Assembly (NCBI GenBank): GCA_964016885.1
Contig: OZ024740.1
Coordinates: forward strand, 303,614,001-303,678,000
Direction: 5' to 3'
Length of the DNA stretch: 64,000 nt
Source of the DNA: Eledone cirrhosa
Taxonomy: Eukaryota
Shown: positions 1-12,865 of the stretch, piece after piece
Layout of the letters: each line of letters opens with the position of its first letter
Numbering within the stretch: position 1 is the first letter of the stretch
The notes under the pieces: model-generated
Databases searched by the model: none
What the model was told of the DNA's origin: nothing
What the model saw: the letters and a program-made list of their open reading frames with translations, nothing else
Program-made: the position numbers and the translations under genes

Positions 1-3000
1 CTTCCTGTATATCAGTAATATATTTGATGAAGGTATAGACATCACAACTTCCTTGTGTCTCTTTTCCTTTAAATAATATCTACATGAACTAACTTCCTAT
101 TTATTTAAGATAATATATGAAACCTCACAGACATATAATGTCTCCCAATGCATAGATTAAGATTAAGAAATATATACAGTTTAAGATAACTAAATACCGG
201 GGCTTGACCAACTGACTGTTTGTTTCCTTTTCATACCAGTTGCCATTGAGATCTTAGGTGTCCTCAGTCCTTGCACTGCTGATTTCGTTTGTAAAATCAG
301 AAAGACAGCAGCCCACCTGAGGAAGGAACCCTGTGAGGTGGGGTGGGTGTTGCTGGCCATTCTCTGTGGCAATACTTTTGCCATTTTGTCCATAGGGCAT
401 TGCTGAAACACTGCTCAGACAGCGGTGTAGAATCTGTTCCTCCCCGCTCTCATTTTCTTTCATTGATAAGCCAAATCCATGACTCAAGAAAGACTCATCA
501 TTGCATCTATTTTACTTTATTTTCCATTAATGGTAAAAGCACTTCATTCCTTTATCCTCAGAAACCAGATAATTTAAGCCTGTTGAAGTATATGACAATG
601 GCACCATATTTGTTTTTGTTTGTTTTCTTAATTTTTAATACTGGATATAGTCTCAAAAAACTACAAAGTGAGAAAGAAGTATATGGTAGCTTTGTATTAT
701 TGTGAATATTGAATATTTGCAGCATATTAAGAGTTCTTCTTTCTTTCTTTTTCTTTTTTTTCTTTTTTCTTTTTTCTTTCCTCTTCTTTTTCTTTCTTCT
801 TTGCCCACTTATTCCTGAGAGGGTCATGAGGACAGAGTCCTCATAAAATCCGTTCTGCAATATATCATGTATCCAAAGGAAAGGTTGATTCAGCTTGGCA
901 TCTGTCATTGCAATATACACTTCTTCATTGCTCGCGGTCTACTCCTGGGTCTCCCGCCAGTTGGTTAATAGAGTTGTAAAAGCAAAATAAAATTTCCTAT
1001 TTTTCTAAATGATCAAGTATGCATTCCATGTTATCATAGTAATATTATTTTAATGATAAAACTCAGTAAAGTACAAATTATTTGCTAACCAATTCAGTTT
1101 TTGTGTATAGTAGAGCATATGACTGTTAGTTTTTATTACTTTAGAAAACTATTGTTTATATAAGTATATTTTCTACTAAAGCTAAAGAAGAAAGTATTTT
1201 AAATTTTTCTGATCAGGACTAACTTGGAATTACACAATTCATTTTATAATAATAATTGTTTCTACATTTGGCACAAGGCCAGCAATTACCCAGTACATTA
1301 CTGGTACTTTATTTTATCGACCCCCGTAAGGATGAAAGGCAAAGTTAACCTTGGCGGGATTTGAACTCGGATCGTAAAGGGACGTAACTATGCTGGAAAG
1401 CATGGCGTCCGACTCTCTACCAATACTGCCAATTCACATGGAGATGATAAAGATTTATAACAGATTGTTAACTCCAGTATATTACTAATATTTATTCTAT
1501 CAAGTCCCTAAAGGATAAGTTGGTCAACCTTGGCAGGATTGTTTTAAGGGTTTTAATTAGTGGAGGAAGAACACCCATGACCAGGGAGGAGAGGGCTCCA
1601 TTACTTGTGGAAAGGAGTGATTCTTACACCAGAGACGTAGCCTAAATACTTGCAACAGAGTGGACTCCACTAAAGGCAGCCAAGGGCCAGGAGGTGATGT
1701 TAAACTGGGGCAACAGATTAAATTGAAATGTATTGCTGCAACTTTTTTTTTTTTTTTTTTTTTTTTCTTTGTGGTGGTGTTGGTGGGGAGTTATGCTAGA
1801 AATGTAGAGAGGAGTACAGTTAGTTAAATTGATTCCTTTCTGTATTGGCTTTTCCCAATAATAATATTCATTTTATCTATCTACCCCAAAGAAATGAGGA
1901 AAAGTTGATTTTAGCAAGATTTGAACACAACTAAATACAACAAAGCATTAAGTTGTGCACATTTTAATTTTTTTCCTCTCCACTGTTATAGTAGTAATAG
2001 TCATGATTTTTTTTCTAGTTTAGGCATAAGGCCAGGATTGTTTTTCTTGGTGTGGCAGGGGGGGGCAGGGTTGTCATTAGCAATCAATTAAATCACCCCC
2101 AGTACTATTTTATTTTAACAACTCTAGAAAGATTAACAGTAAAGTTGATCTTGGTGGGGTTTCAACACAGAAAATTAAGCGCTAGAACAAATACTGCAAG
2201 ATATGGTCCAAATGCTCTTCTGATTTCTAGCAATACACCACTATTTCTTACATAGGTTTAAGGCCAAACATTTTTAGGAAAGGGAACAGTAAATTGTATC
2301 AACTCCAGTATTTGACTGGTACTTTACCAACCCAGGTGGGATGAAAGGCAAAGTGGGCCTTAACAGGATTTGATCACAGAACATAAAAAGCTGAAATGAA
2401 TACTGCAAGGCATTTGATCTGCTACTCTATTGATTTCTGTCAATCTACTACCCTAGTAATAATTGTTTCTACATATGGCACAAGGGAAAGTCAATTAAAT
2501 CGGCCTCAGTGCATTACCGGTACTTCATTTTATCAACTCTGTAAGGATGAAAGGCAAAGCTAACCTTGGCAGGATTTTAACTCAGAAAGAAAAGACCAGG
2601 AACAAATACTGCTAAGTATTTGTCCAACGCTCTACCAATTCTGCCAATCCACAACCCTTATTATAATAATAATAATAATAATAATAACATAATTCATTAA
2701 ATATAAAGCTAAATTACTGCCATTACTTTTATTGAATATTCCACATGGTATATCAGAGCCCTTACTCTTTCACATGGTATATCATACCCTTTACTCTTTC
2801 AATTATATTTTCTTTATGACTATTTACAGACTCCCTTTCCAGGTGAAGTCAAAACTATAACACAAGAAATAATTGACTGCATTATTCCACCATAAATATC
2901 AAATTTGTAAACCTTTTGTATTTCCATCAAACAATTTATTTATTGTAAATATTTTTTTGAAACCATTTTACTCCTTGTCCCTTTAAGAGAATACATTCAA

Positions 3001-3164
3001 ACCAAGCGGTTTAAAAACTTTCTTGAAATTATTAAATTATTTTGAAAACAATGAATTCCACAAAAAATAAATGAAAATATGTTATACTGTAATTTTATGA
3101 CATTTAATTATTTTTATTGAATAAAATGTCTATTTTGCATTAGATTCTGTCTTCTTTTTTCTGT

Positions 3165-3500
3165 TATATTACCTTACCTATGGTCATGAATCTTGGATAA
3201 TGACCGAAAGAATACAATTGCAACTGGCTGAAATGGGGTTCCTCCAAAGGGTCTTTGCAGTAACGTTACTTAATAGTGTGCATAGCTTGGAGATCAGAGT
3301 CGCTCCAAGTAGAGCTGCTACTTCTCTGAATTGAGAGATTACAGCTCCAATACTATAGACATGTGGTTAGAATGTCTCGGGAAAGAATCGCTGGACAGGT
3401 TTTATGGGTAAAATTAACCAGCAAAACACCCAGGGATAGTCCCTGAGCAAGATGATTGATAACATCCATGAGCTTGGCTGGTCTCTCTTAAGGATCCAGC
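3165..3500 (+). mobile_element. Decayed RTE-like fragment of another family; second copy at about 48220-48460
   Basis: Translates to LTYGHESWIMTER...AEMGFLQRV...RLQLQYYRHVVRM; both copies begin ccttacctatggtcatgaatcttgg. Confidence 0.7.
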
Positions 3501-4080
3501 CAGACTTTGCCCCCCCCCCCCCCCCCACAACCCTCTCAGGAATAAGTGGGCAAAGAAGGTATTACCTTCTACTTCTATAAATTACAGTGATTGAACAATG
3601 CGCCATATTGTGATTAGCTCGATTCTTACTACTGCATTGTGCTGTGTTCCTGGGGAAAGGCAAATAACTGTTGACAGCTAATTTCCATCCCTATTTCTTG
3701 TCAGTTCAGTTATTGGCTGTAGGAAAAGCATATTACTGAAAAAACATTTCCAACAGTACATCTGTATGAACCCATAACTTCTGTTGGAGTTGTAGAGGTG
3801 CTGTGATTACATATGGCTTATCTTGGGCATTTTAAACCTCTCCAGGTCAACTTCTTCCAGTAAGAGAGAAGAAATGAAAAAGAGATATAGAGGCAGAATC
3901 AACCCAGTACCAGGCTGGTACTTCTATTGACCTTCAAAGGATGAAAGGCAAAATTGTCCTTGGTAGGATTTGAACTCTGTAAGTAAGAATGAATACTGCA
4001 AGGCATTCTATTTAACATTCTAATGACTCTGCCAATTTGTTGCCTCTCCAACAATATAAAAATATAAATTTACAAATAAA

Positions 4081-6845
4081 CCCGACAACCACCTGATCAC
4101 CTATAGATCAGGGGAGCACTCTAGTCAGTTAGATTTTATCCTCATCAGAGGACGTGACAGATGGACGGTCGTAAACACAAAAGCCTTCCCTAGTGAGGAA
4201 TGTACATCCCAACATAGCTTAGTTGTCAGCGACCTCACGGTCAGAACTAGACGAACCCGGAAACAGGCCAACCTGGAGAAGAAAGATCTGGAAGCTGAAA
4301 GTCCCCTCAACCAGTAACAGATTTAAAGATATTTTACTCAACGCCTACGACAGTAAAGAAGAACAGATAGAGACATTTAACGTAGAAGAGAACTGGGAGT
4401 TCCTAAAAAATAATTTACTAGAGGCGACGGATGAGGTCTGTGGCTGGAGTAAGACCTCAAGCAGGAGGAGAGTGACTTGGTGGTGGAACAATAAGTTAGA
4501 TGAAGCAGTTAAGGCCAAGAGACAGGCATGGAAAGAATGGAAGAACGGAGGGAGCAGGGTACATTACATAGAGACCAAGAGGGAAGCTAGGCGACAAGTA
4601 TACTTAGCTAGGAGGGAAGCAGAGGATAGAAAATTCAAGCATGTTTTACAACGTGAGGACCAGAAACAGGAGGTATTCAAGATTGCGAGGCAGTGTGTCA
4701 GAGATAGTTGTGATGTCATTGGAGAGAAGTGTATCCGGAATGATAAAGGTGAGCTTGCCCTCACAAGTGCTGAGAAGAAAGATGCATGGAAGAGTCATTG
4801 TGATAGATTACTAAATGAGGAGAATGCATGGGAAGAAGAGACCCTACCCCAAGTAAACCCTATAGAGGGACCAGCAGTACAAGTCAGCAGCAGCGTAGTA
4901 AGTAAGGCAATCAAAGATATGAAGATGGGGAAGGCAACCGGTCCATCGGGTATAGCTGCCGAGATGCTGAAGGCATCTGGGTCTGTAGGTCACACTATAA
5001 CCACACGTATCGTTAACCAGGTAATACTAGAAGGGGCCATACCAAAAGATTGGTGCAGTAGCATCATTGTCAACTGCTACAAAGGTAAAGGCGATGCACT
5101 AGATAGAGGAAACTATAGAGATATAAAGTTGATGGACCAGGTCATGAAAGTAACAGAAAGAGTTATAGCACAGCTGATTAGGGACCGGGTGAAAATAGAC
5201 GAGATGCAATTTGGGTTTGTACCAGGAAGAGGCACCACTGATGCCCTCTTCCTTGTGAGGCAATTACAGGAAAAGTACCTAGCTAAAAGTAAGCCACTCT
5301 ACTTGGCATTTGTCGACCTTGAGAAAGCCTTTGACAGAGTTCCACGTGTTGTAATCTGGTGGGCTCTTAGAAAACTAGGAGTAGATGAATGGCTTGTGAA
5401 AGCGGTACAAGCCATGTATAGGGGAGCAGTCAGCAAAGTTAGGATTAGCAATGAGTATAGCGAGGAATTTAGCGTACAGGTTGGGGTCCACCAGGGCTCT
5501 GTTCTTAGCCCTCTCCTGTTCATCATAGTCCTGCAGGCAATAACAGAGGAGTTTAAGACCGGATGCCCATGGGAACTCCTGTATGCTGATGACCTCGCAC
5601 TCATAGCTGAATCTATGGTAGAACTAGAGAATAAATTCCAAACCTGGAAGCAGGGACTAGAAAGAAAGGGTCTCAAAGTCAACATGACAAAGACTAAGGT
5701 CCTTGTAAGTAGACGAGAAAACAGAACCCAGATCCCCTCAGGGAAATGGCCTTGCTCAGTATGTAGGAAAGGTGTAGGTAGGAACTCCATTCTCTGCCCC
5801 AAATGCAAACAATGGGTACACAAGAGATGTAGCGGGATCTCAGGAAGCTTAATTAAGAATGTAGGATTCACATGCAGCAGCTGTGCTGAAACAGCAAGCA
5901 GCAAACAGCCACAGGAAACAAGTACCACCAATCTCTGGGAGGGCCCTGTAGAAACAGTAGACAGCTTCTGCTACCTAGGTGACCGAATTAGCAACGGAGG
6001 TGGGTGTTCAGAAAGTACAATAACTAGGGTAAGAACGGGATGGAAGAAGTTTAGGGAACTACTACCACTGCTAGCTGCAAAAGGCTTCTCCCTCAGAATG
6101 AAAGGCAGACTGTATGATGCGTGTATCCGAACAGCAATGTTGCATGGTACTGAGACCTGGGCGCTGAAGGTGGAAGACTTACGTAGATTAGAGAGAAATG
6201 AAGCCTGCATGCTCCGATGGATGTGTAACAGTAATATACGTGAAAGACAAAGCATAAATGAATTGAGAGAGAGACTGAGCATAAGAGGAATCAAATGCTG
6301 TGTGCAGGAGAGGCGGTTGCGCTGGTATGGACATGTGATGCGTATGAAGGATGACAGCTGCATAAAAAGGTGCAGAGTACTAGAAGTTGATGGAAACCGA
6401 GGAGTGGGGAGACCCAAGATGACCTGGGATGAGGTGATAAAAGCCGACCTTACCCAATTACACCTCTCAAAGACAATGACACACGACCATGACTTCTGGC
6501 GTCACGCAGTAATACAGAGTACCCGACCTCCCATGGGTACAAGCTGAAGCATATAAACAATATGCCCCCACCGCAAGGTGGTCGTGGAGGTGCCACGGCA
6601 AAAAAGCACCCAGCCCACACTGTAAAGTGGACGTGTAGGCGCCACGAAAAAGCACCCAGCACTCACTGTAAATGAGGTTGGTGTTAGGAAGGGCATCCAG
6701 CTGTAGAAATCAAGCCAGATCAGTTCCTGTATGAGCAAGGCATGGTCAGCCGACCAGACACTGCCCACAATAGGACAACCCGTCTAACTCATGCTAGCGT
6801 GGAAGAACGGACGTAAAACGGTGATGATGATGATGATGATGATGA
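4081..6845 (+). mobile_element. 5'-truncated RTE-clade non-LTR retrotransposon
   Basis: ORF 4223-6547 has RT motifs (QFGFVPGRGTTDA, FVDLEKAFD, GVHQGSVLSP, YADD) and an RTE-type C-terminus (RRLRWYGHVMR, GRPKMTW). The APE-endonuclease tail (SQLDFIL...SQHSLVV) lies upstream in another frame. The 3' UTR ends in a (GAT)n tail. Confidence 0.92.
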
Positions 6846-7425
6846 TTCCACATATACAAACATGGTAAAGTGACTGTAAAACAAAACCAAGAGAGAGCAA
6901 AGGTAGAAACCATATTTGAAGAGAAAAATGTAAGGAGTTAGTCCATTACCAATTTTAGTCCCTAGTAAAAATGCTTCACCTCGTTTTGTTGTTTCTCTTG
7001 GAAAAGATAACATCATAATTTTCCATATACTCTCAGGTCCTAAATAATTGTGGGGGAATAAGCAGGGAGTTGGAAAATCATTATTCGAGACCCAAGAGTA
7101 ATTTCTCATGTTTCATGCTTTCATATTCAGCAATGATAAGTGGATTGTGTGAGGGATGAAGTCTTCCACAAGGCATTAGAGATAAAAAGTGATTTAGTCA
7201 AAAGATATCTAAATGATTTTTACACAAATATGTTTTGTAATGTTCATGACAATTTAAGGTTTCACAAACACTGTTAAACTTATCTAATCATGTCATCAAT
7301 AACCCAAATTTCAGATTATCCAAATGAAGTATGAAAGTACAGTGAATATTTAATTAGCTATATTGTGTGTAACCCAAACTTGAGAATCATACTGATGCTA
7401 CCATTCCATCATTTATTCACAATGA

Positions 7426-7643
7426 TTAACCCTTTAGCATTTACATTATTCTGTATTTACTATTGTATTTTCATGGTAAAGGCTTTACCTCACATAATTA
7501 TCTCATGTAATACTGACTCTATAAGATTTTGATTTATTTATTTTGAGAACAATACATTAATGTTAGTTTGAGTGTCTGGCTATGGCCGGTTTGAACAAAA
7601 AAGGGTGAGAGAGTTCTGGCCAGTTTAAATGCTAAAGGGTTAA
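7426..7643. mobile_element. piggyBac-like MITE (about 215 bp); other copies at about 32412-32632, 49169-49384, 52511-52722 and 60763-60976
   Basis: TTAA-CCCTTTAGCATT ... AATGCTAAAGGG-TTAA inverted termini with a shared internal sequence. Confidence 0.85.
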
Positions 7644-9139
7644 AAGTAAATTTTAATTACTGAAGGACATACAAAAACATTACAGCAAAAAGATATTGCT
7701 AAAACTGGTATGACAATCATGTCTTTTGTTTACATTTATCAAAAGTACCACTTGTCAGTCAGTTTACTATTTTGTTTCAGTCAGTCACTTTAAACTCTAC
7801 TAAAATAATTTTAATGCATAAAAATGACTGACATGCTGAAGGATTTAAAAACAAAGCAAAATAATTGCTGTCTATGACTTTGTTCTGAGTCCATACCTCT
7901 TACAAGTAATTGAGTTTGCTGTTACCATGACTGTGAAGAGAAAATAAATCCATTGACAATTGAATGCAAAAGTGATCTTTTACAATATTTGGATCATGGT
8001 GAAAAGCCATCAAGGCACCGAATTTGCAGAGTCATTAGAACATCAGATAGAATGCTTTGTAGTATTCATTCTGAGTTCAAATCCCGCCAAGGTCAACTTT
8101 GCCTTTCATCCATTTAAGGTCAATAAAAAAAGTATTGGGATCAATTTTTCCTCTATATCTCTTTCTCATTTCCTTTCTCTCACCCTCTCTCCTTCTCTGG
8201 AAGAAATCTGCTGTATTCGGCTTTGGAGAAAAGAAACACTGTATGTCAATATGGGGCCCCTATGACTCTCACAGGAGTTACAGGTTTAGAAGATGAAGAG
8301 AAGACATCAAAGATTGCACAAAAGTTCAACATAAAAAAGATTTATGGAAACTCTATAACCAATTTTTTTACATAATTATTTTTAGTGTAGTTTTTAGTTT
8401 CCTTTAATTACAGTTAGTTGTCATGTAGATAATCAAGGTTTTACTATATTGTTTTGAAACTTCACAAAAGTTGTCCTACTTTAGAAAAAAACCATTATTT
8501 CAACCTTTTCTATTATTGATGTACTACTGAAGATTTAATTTTCATATTAAAGAGAAGTTAAGGCAGTGGTTTGGCAGTATTAGTAGAGGGTCAAACAACA
8601 TGCTTTGTAGCATATAGTTACAGCCCTTTACATACTTAGATCAAATCCCGCCTAGGTTAGCTTTGCCTTTCATTCTTACAGGGTCGATAAAATAAAGTAC
8701 CAGTAATGCACTCGAGTCGATTTAATCAACTTTCCCCTCCCCAAATTGTTGGCCTTGTGCCTAAATCAGAAACTATATTAAGGAGAAGTCTCCTGAAGTT
8801 CATTTCTTTCAAAATCCAATCTAGTTAGATATAGTATATAGCATGCTAACAAAATATATTATTGACTCCATTGCTTTACAGTGGTATCTAAGATTTCTAA
8901 AATGTACAAGTGTACTTCCTTTTTTTTCTTTTTTTCAAGATGTTTGGATATAATTTATAAGTAATTTGGCTGCTATTTGTAGCAGATTTAATTACCATGT
9001 AGAGGCTCTTTTATTGGCTCATTGTTGCTGTTGTTTTTGTCTGTTCTACAATGATATTGTTGTTATATGGCTCCAGCTCAATCCTGATCATGTAGTCCTA
9101 TGATCAAACTTGTACCAGCCATGAGCAACTTTTTTTTCA

Positions 9140-9437
9140 GTATATCACAAACTACAATGTGTGCAGGAGAGAAGACTGTGTTGGTATGAACATGTGATGT
9201 GCATGGATGATGATCAATGGGTAAAGAAGTGCCAGGAAATGCCAATGGAAGGAAACTACTGTAGGGGAAGACCAAGAAAAACCTGGGCAGAGGTTGTGAG
9301 GGCTGGCCTCAAATCACTGAGACTCATAGATGAGATGACGAAGGAACGTAATGAATAGAGAGATGCTGTGCTGAGAAGGACCTGTTCAACCCATGCAAGC
9401 ATGGAAAAACGGACGTAAAAATGATGATGATGATGAT
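9140..9437 (+). mobile_element. RTE LINE 3' fragment
   Basis: QERRLCWYEHVM...RGRPRKTWAEVV followed by catgcaagcatggaaaaacggacgtaaaa(tga)n. Confidence 0.8.
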
Positions 9438-9832
9438 ACATTATCCAGTGTATCATTTCTATTTTTAACACAGATGTAATTTGAAGAAGATTTGGTAACT
9501 ATTTCAACTGTGTAGAAGATCCCTCAAAGGTGTGTATTTAGTTTAGTGTTTTATATCTTTCATTAATCTGTACTTGGTCAAGAAACAAGTAATATTCTAG
9601 ACATGAAATAACTTACATTCTCTAATAAAAAGAAAAACACTCAACAGGTGTCTTGTGCCTCATAATTAAAAATGTTATCGTTTCAGTTAGGCACAAAGTT
9701 TGAAAAAAGCTTCTTTACTACAACACTCATTATTACAGTTGCAATTTCTTGTTTTTGTTTGTTTGTTCTTGCTTTCATCATATATACATATTAATGCATT
9801 ATATTTGTGATGTTCGTAGCAATAATTGATTG

Positions 9833-10550
9833 TACGAGGGTAAGTAAAATATAATCTGCACTTTCACCATAACATATCTTTAAGTTTGTCACACTGCCTT
9901 CTGCTGATGCATGCTTATAGTTGGTACTATTATGGTGATGTGTTCGAAGTTTGAGCTTGATCACACCGGTTTTCTTGCTGCTGTTACAGTGTAAACATGG
10001 CTGCTTTGCTAGCAAGTGTGCACCAAGATGTTTCCACTTCATTCTGACTCATAGTGATGGACCCACGTTTCATTTCCTGTGACTATTCTGCTCAAACATT
10101 ATTCGCCTTCATTGTTGTAGGGATAAATATTGGCAGACCTCAACACATTTGTATGTGTGCTCTGTGGATAGCTCTCTTGGCACCCATCTTGCACAGACTT
10201 TATGGAGGCTGAGTTTGTTGTGGATGATTTGATAGGCAGAGCCATGATTAATCTGCAAAGTACATGTTACCTCATCGATGATAACTTGCTGGTTGGCCAT
10301 TACCATCTCTCAAGTTTGCTGAATCTTCTCGTCAGTGGTGAAGGTCGACAGGTGTCCTGCTCGTTCTTCATGTGTCACCCTTGTCTGGCCACTTTTAAAC
10401 TTCTCGATCCACTCATACACATTTCTACATAGCAGTACACTGTCGCCATATTGTGTTAAAAGCCTCCAATGAATTTCATCCCCTGACACACCTGACCAGA
10501 GAAATAGGATCACTCTTCTTTGTTCCTCCTTTGTGCACACTGCTAGCAAT
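9833..10550 (-). mobile_element. Mariner transposase remnant
   Basis: EQRRVILFLW...EIHWRLLTQYGDSVL..RNVYEWIEKFKSG and KVCARWVPREL (WVPHEL-like) motifs; TACGAGGG mariner-type terminus at 9833. Confidence 0.85.
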
Positions 10551-10626
10551 GGTGGTGGTAGTAGTAGTAGTAGTAGTGGTGGTGGTGGTGGTGGTGGTGG
10601 TGGTGGTGGTAGTAGTGGTGGTGGTG

Positions 10627-10688
<62 letters not shown>

Positions 10689-10748
10689 GGTAGTAGTAGT
10701 AGTGGTAGTAGCAGCAGTAGCAGTAGTAGCAGTAGTAGTAGTAGTAGT
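10550..10748. repeat. (GTA)n/(GTG)n trinucleotide microsatellite at a SINE tail
   Basis: Directly visible; gives the poly-V/T/G/S ORFs. Confidence 0.95.
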
Positions 10749-10942
10749 AATTATTTCTACTTTTGGCACAAGGCCAGCAATTACCCAGTGCATTACTGGT
10801 ACTTTATTTTATCGACCCCGTAAGGATGAAAGGCAAAGTTAACCAACCCCGGCGGGATTTGAACTCAGAATGGCAAGGGCCGTAACTCTATGCTGGAAAG
10901 CATGGCGTCCGACCCTCTACCGATACTGCCAATTCACCGCCA
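10748..10942 (-). mobile_element. tRNA-derived SINE family A; many copies, e.g. about 1254-1436, 8560-8780, 24410-24590, 34241-34361, 38550-38860, 45830-45967, 50503-50822 and 53908-54090
   Basis: Head ggcggtgaattggcagtatcggtagag...gagttcaaatccc (Pol III A/B-box-like), body gcctttcatccttacggggtcgataaaataaagtaccag, tail gtagaaa(c)aatta. Confidence 0.85.
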
Positions 10943-11759
10943 TCAGTAGTAGTAGTAGTAGTAGTAGTATATAATCATAAGTTTAGATTTAACAAGAACT
11001 TGCTTCTGTTTTTGTTTACTTCAAATATTGTCCAGGATATATAGATATAGATATTATATATTTGTCAAGACCTTCGCTTCGTTGCTTATAAAGTTATTTA
11101 ACAATCATCATCATCATCATCAACATCATCAACACCATCATAGTCATTGACATCATCATCAACATTGTCATCATCATCATCAACATCGTCATCAACATCA
11201 TCATCATCATCATCACCATCATCGTCATCAATATCAACATTGTCATCATCATCATCATCATCATTACCACCGTTTAATGTCCATTTTCCACATTAGCATG
11301 GGTGACATAGTTAATCTCTATCATGAAGCTACCATCACACTTTTCATTTAGTCTTATCAATAATATAAAACCATTTACAGTAAATATTTGTTTACTTATG
11401 TGTGTGTGTATGTGTTGTGTTGTGTGTGAGTATGTGTGTATGTGTTGTGTTGTGTGTGAGTATGTGTGTATGTGTTGTGTTGTGTTGAGTGTGAGTATGT
11501 GTGTTTGTGTGCTTGTGTGTGTATATTATCTAAGCAGGATTAATCAGTATAGGAAAGAATGAGTTGCAGAAATGATTGAGCACTGAACTAAGTAAATTAC
11601 TGCAAGTAATAAAATAATTACTATAAGTGGTAAGCTATGTAAGGTCTGTTTTATCATGAATCAGATGAGAAATAAAAAAAAAAGATACATCATCATCATC
11701 ATCATCAACATCATTTAACGTCCATTTTATCAGCTAGGAAAGATTAGACATCTTGTTAT

Positions 11760-12180
11760 TGATTAAGTCAGTACTTGATCTGAGCTACTTACCTCTGAGA
11801 TGTGTTAGAGGCCTACACCTCACTTACATAATGTTTTCTGCTAGTCAGGGTTAGATGTGTTCTCACAGATCAAGTCGGTACTTGATTGGTACTACTGACC
11901 TCCCACATGTGGTAGGGACCCACACCTCTTGATTGGCGCTACTGACCTCCGAGATATCGTAGGGATCCACTCCTCTTGTTTGGAGTTACTGACCTCCGAG
12001 ATGTGGTAGGAGCCCACTCCCTTGATTGGAGCTACTGGCCTCCCAGATGTGTTAGAGGCCCACACCTCACTCCCATTATTTTTCCTGCTAGCAAGGCTTA
12101 GAAGTTTTCTCGCAGATCAAGTCAGTACATCATTGGAGCTACTGACCTCCCAGATTTTGTAGAAGCCCACTCCTCACTTA
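11760..12180. repeat. Minisatellite of about 46-47 bp units
   Basis: Repeated gattggagctactgacctcc.agatgtggtagg..ccacacctc units, contiguous at 11884-12070 and also part of longer repeated units. Confidence 0.8.
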
Positions 12181-12390
12181 CATACAATTCTGCATTCTAC
12201 AAAGTGCATTGGGTGCATTTTAAAGAAACTTGTCGTGTCTTTGACATAGCTGAAGAGACCTCCCGATTCTTTGGTAGGTTTTCTATTGTTCCTATAACCA
12301 ACCACCTTACAGGGTGTACTGAGTATGTTTACCATGTAGATCACCAACTCTATAGCAGCTGTCATGCTCTTGGCATAACTATATACACAT

Positions 12391-12451
<61 letters not shown>

Positions 12452-12630
12452 ATATATATAGAAAAGAATGAAACGAAATTTCATTTCTCACTCTTAGTAC
12501 GGCTATATATATATAATATATTCTATTATAAGTTGAGCCAACTTATGCAGCTTCATATGCAAATGAGATTAATCACCTCATTTAAACAGACGAGAAAACT
12601 ATATATTCTCGACTGTTCTCAGGTGAGGGA

Positions 12631-12683
12631 GGGACCATCCTGATGAAGACCAGTCCAGTCTGAAATGTATAGATGGTTGTCCC
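12631..12683 (+). ncRNA. Minimal type I hammerhead ribozyme fold (Penelope/retrozyme-type)
   Basis: ACCAUC-CUGAUGA-AGAC(cagucca)GUCU-GAAA-U(gu)A-UA-GAUGGU: stem I, core, stem II, short stem III and an AUA cleavage triplet. Confidence 0.65.
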
Positions 12684-12865
12684 CCTTGCTTCTGCTGGAC
12701 ACCACCAGAGAGCATTAGCCCCAGTATTTGCATAGCTACGGCTTCCTAACTGTTTTACCCTGTAAACATACCATGTTTCTTTAGAAATTTCTATACATAT
12801 TTGTTTACAGCTATGCTTGAAGCTAAATCCTATTTCTATTCTATATATGTGTATATATATATATA

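Noticed and set aside
10453-10842. Poly-Val/Thr/Gly-Ser ORFs
   Set aside because: Trinucleotide microsatellite plus SINE sequence.
11760-12180. Regularly spaced repeats superficially like a CRISPR array
   Set aside because: The units are contiguous degenerate tandem copies without unique spacers, the context is eukaryotic and there are no cas genes.
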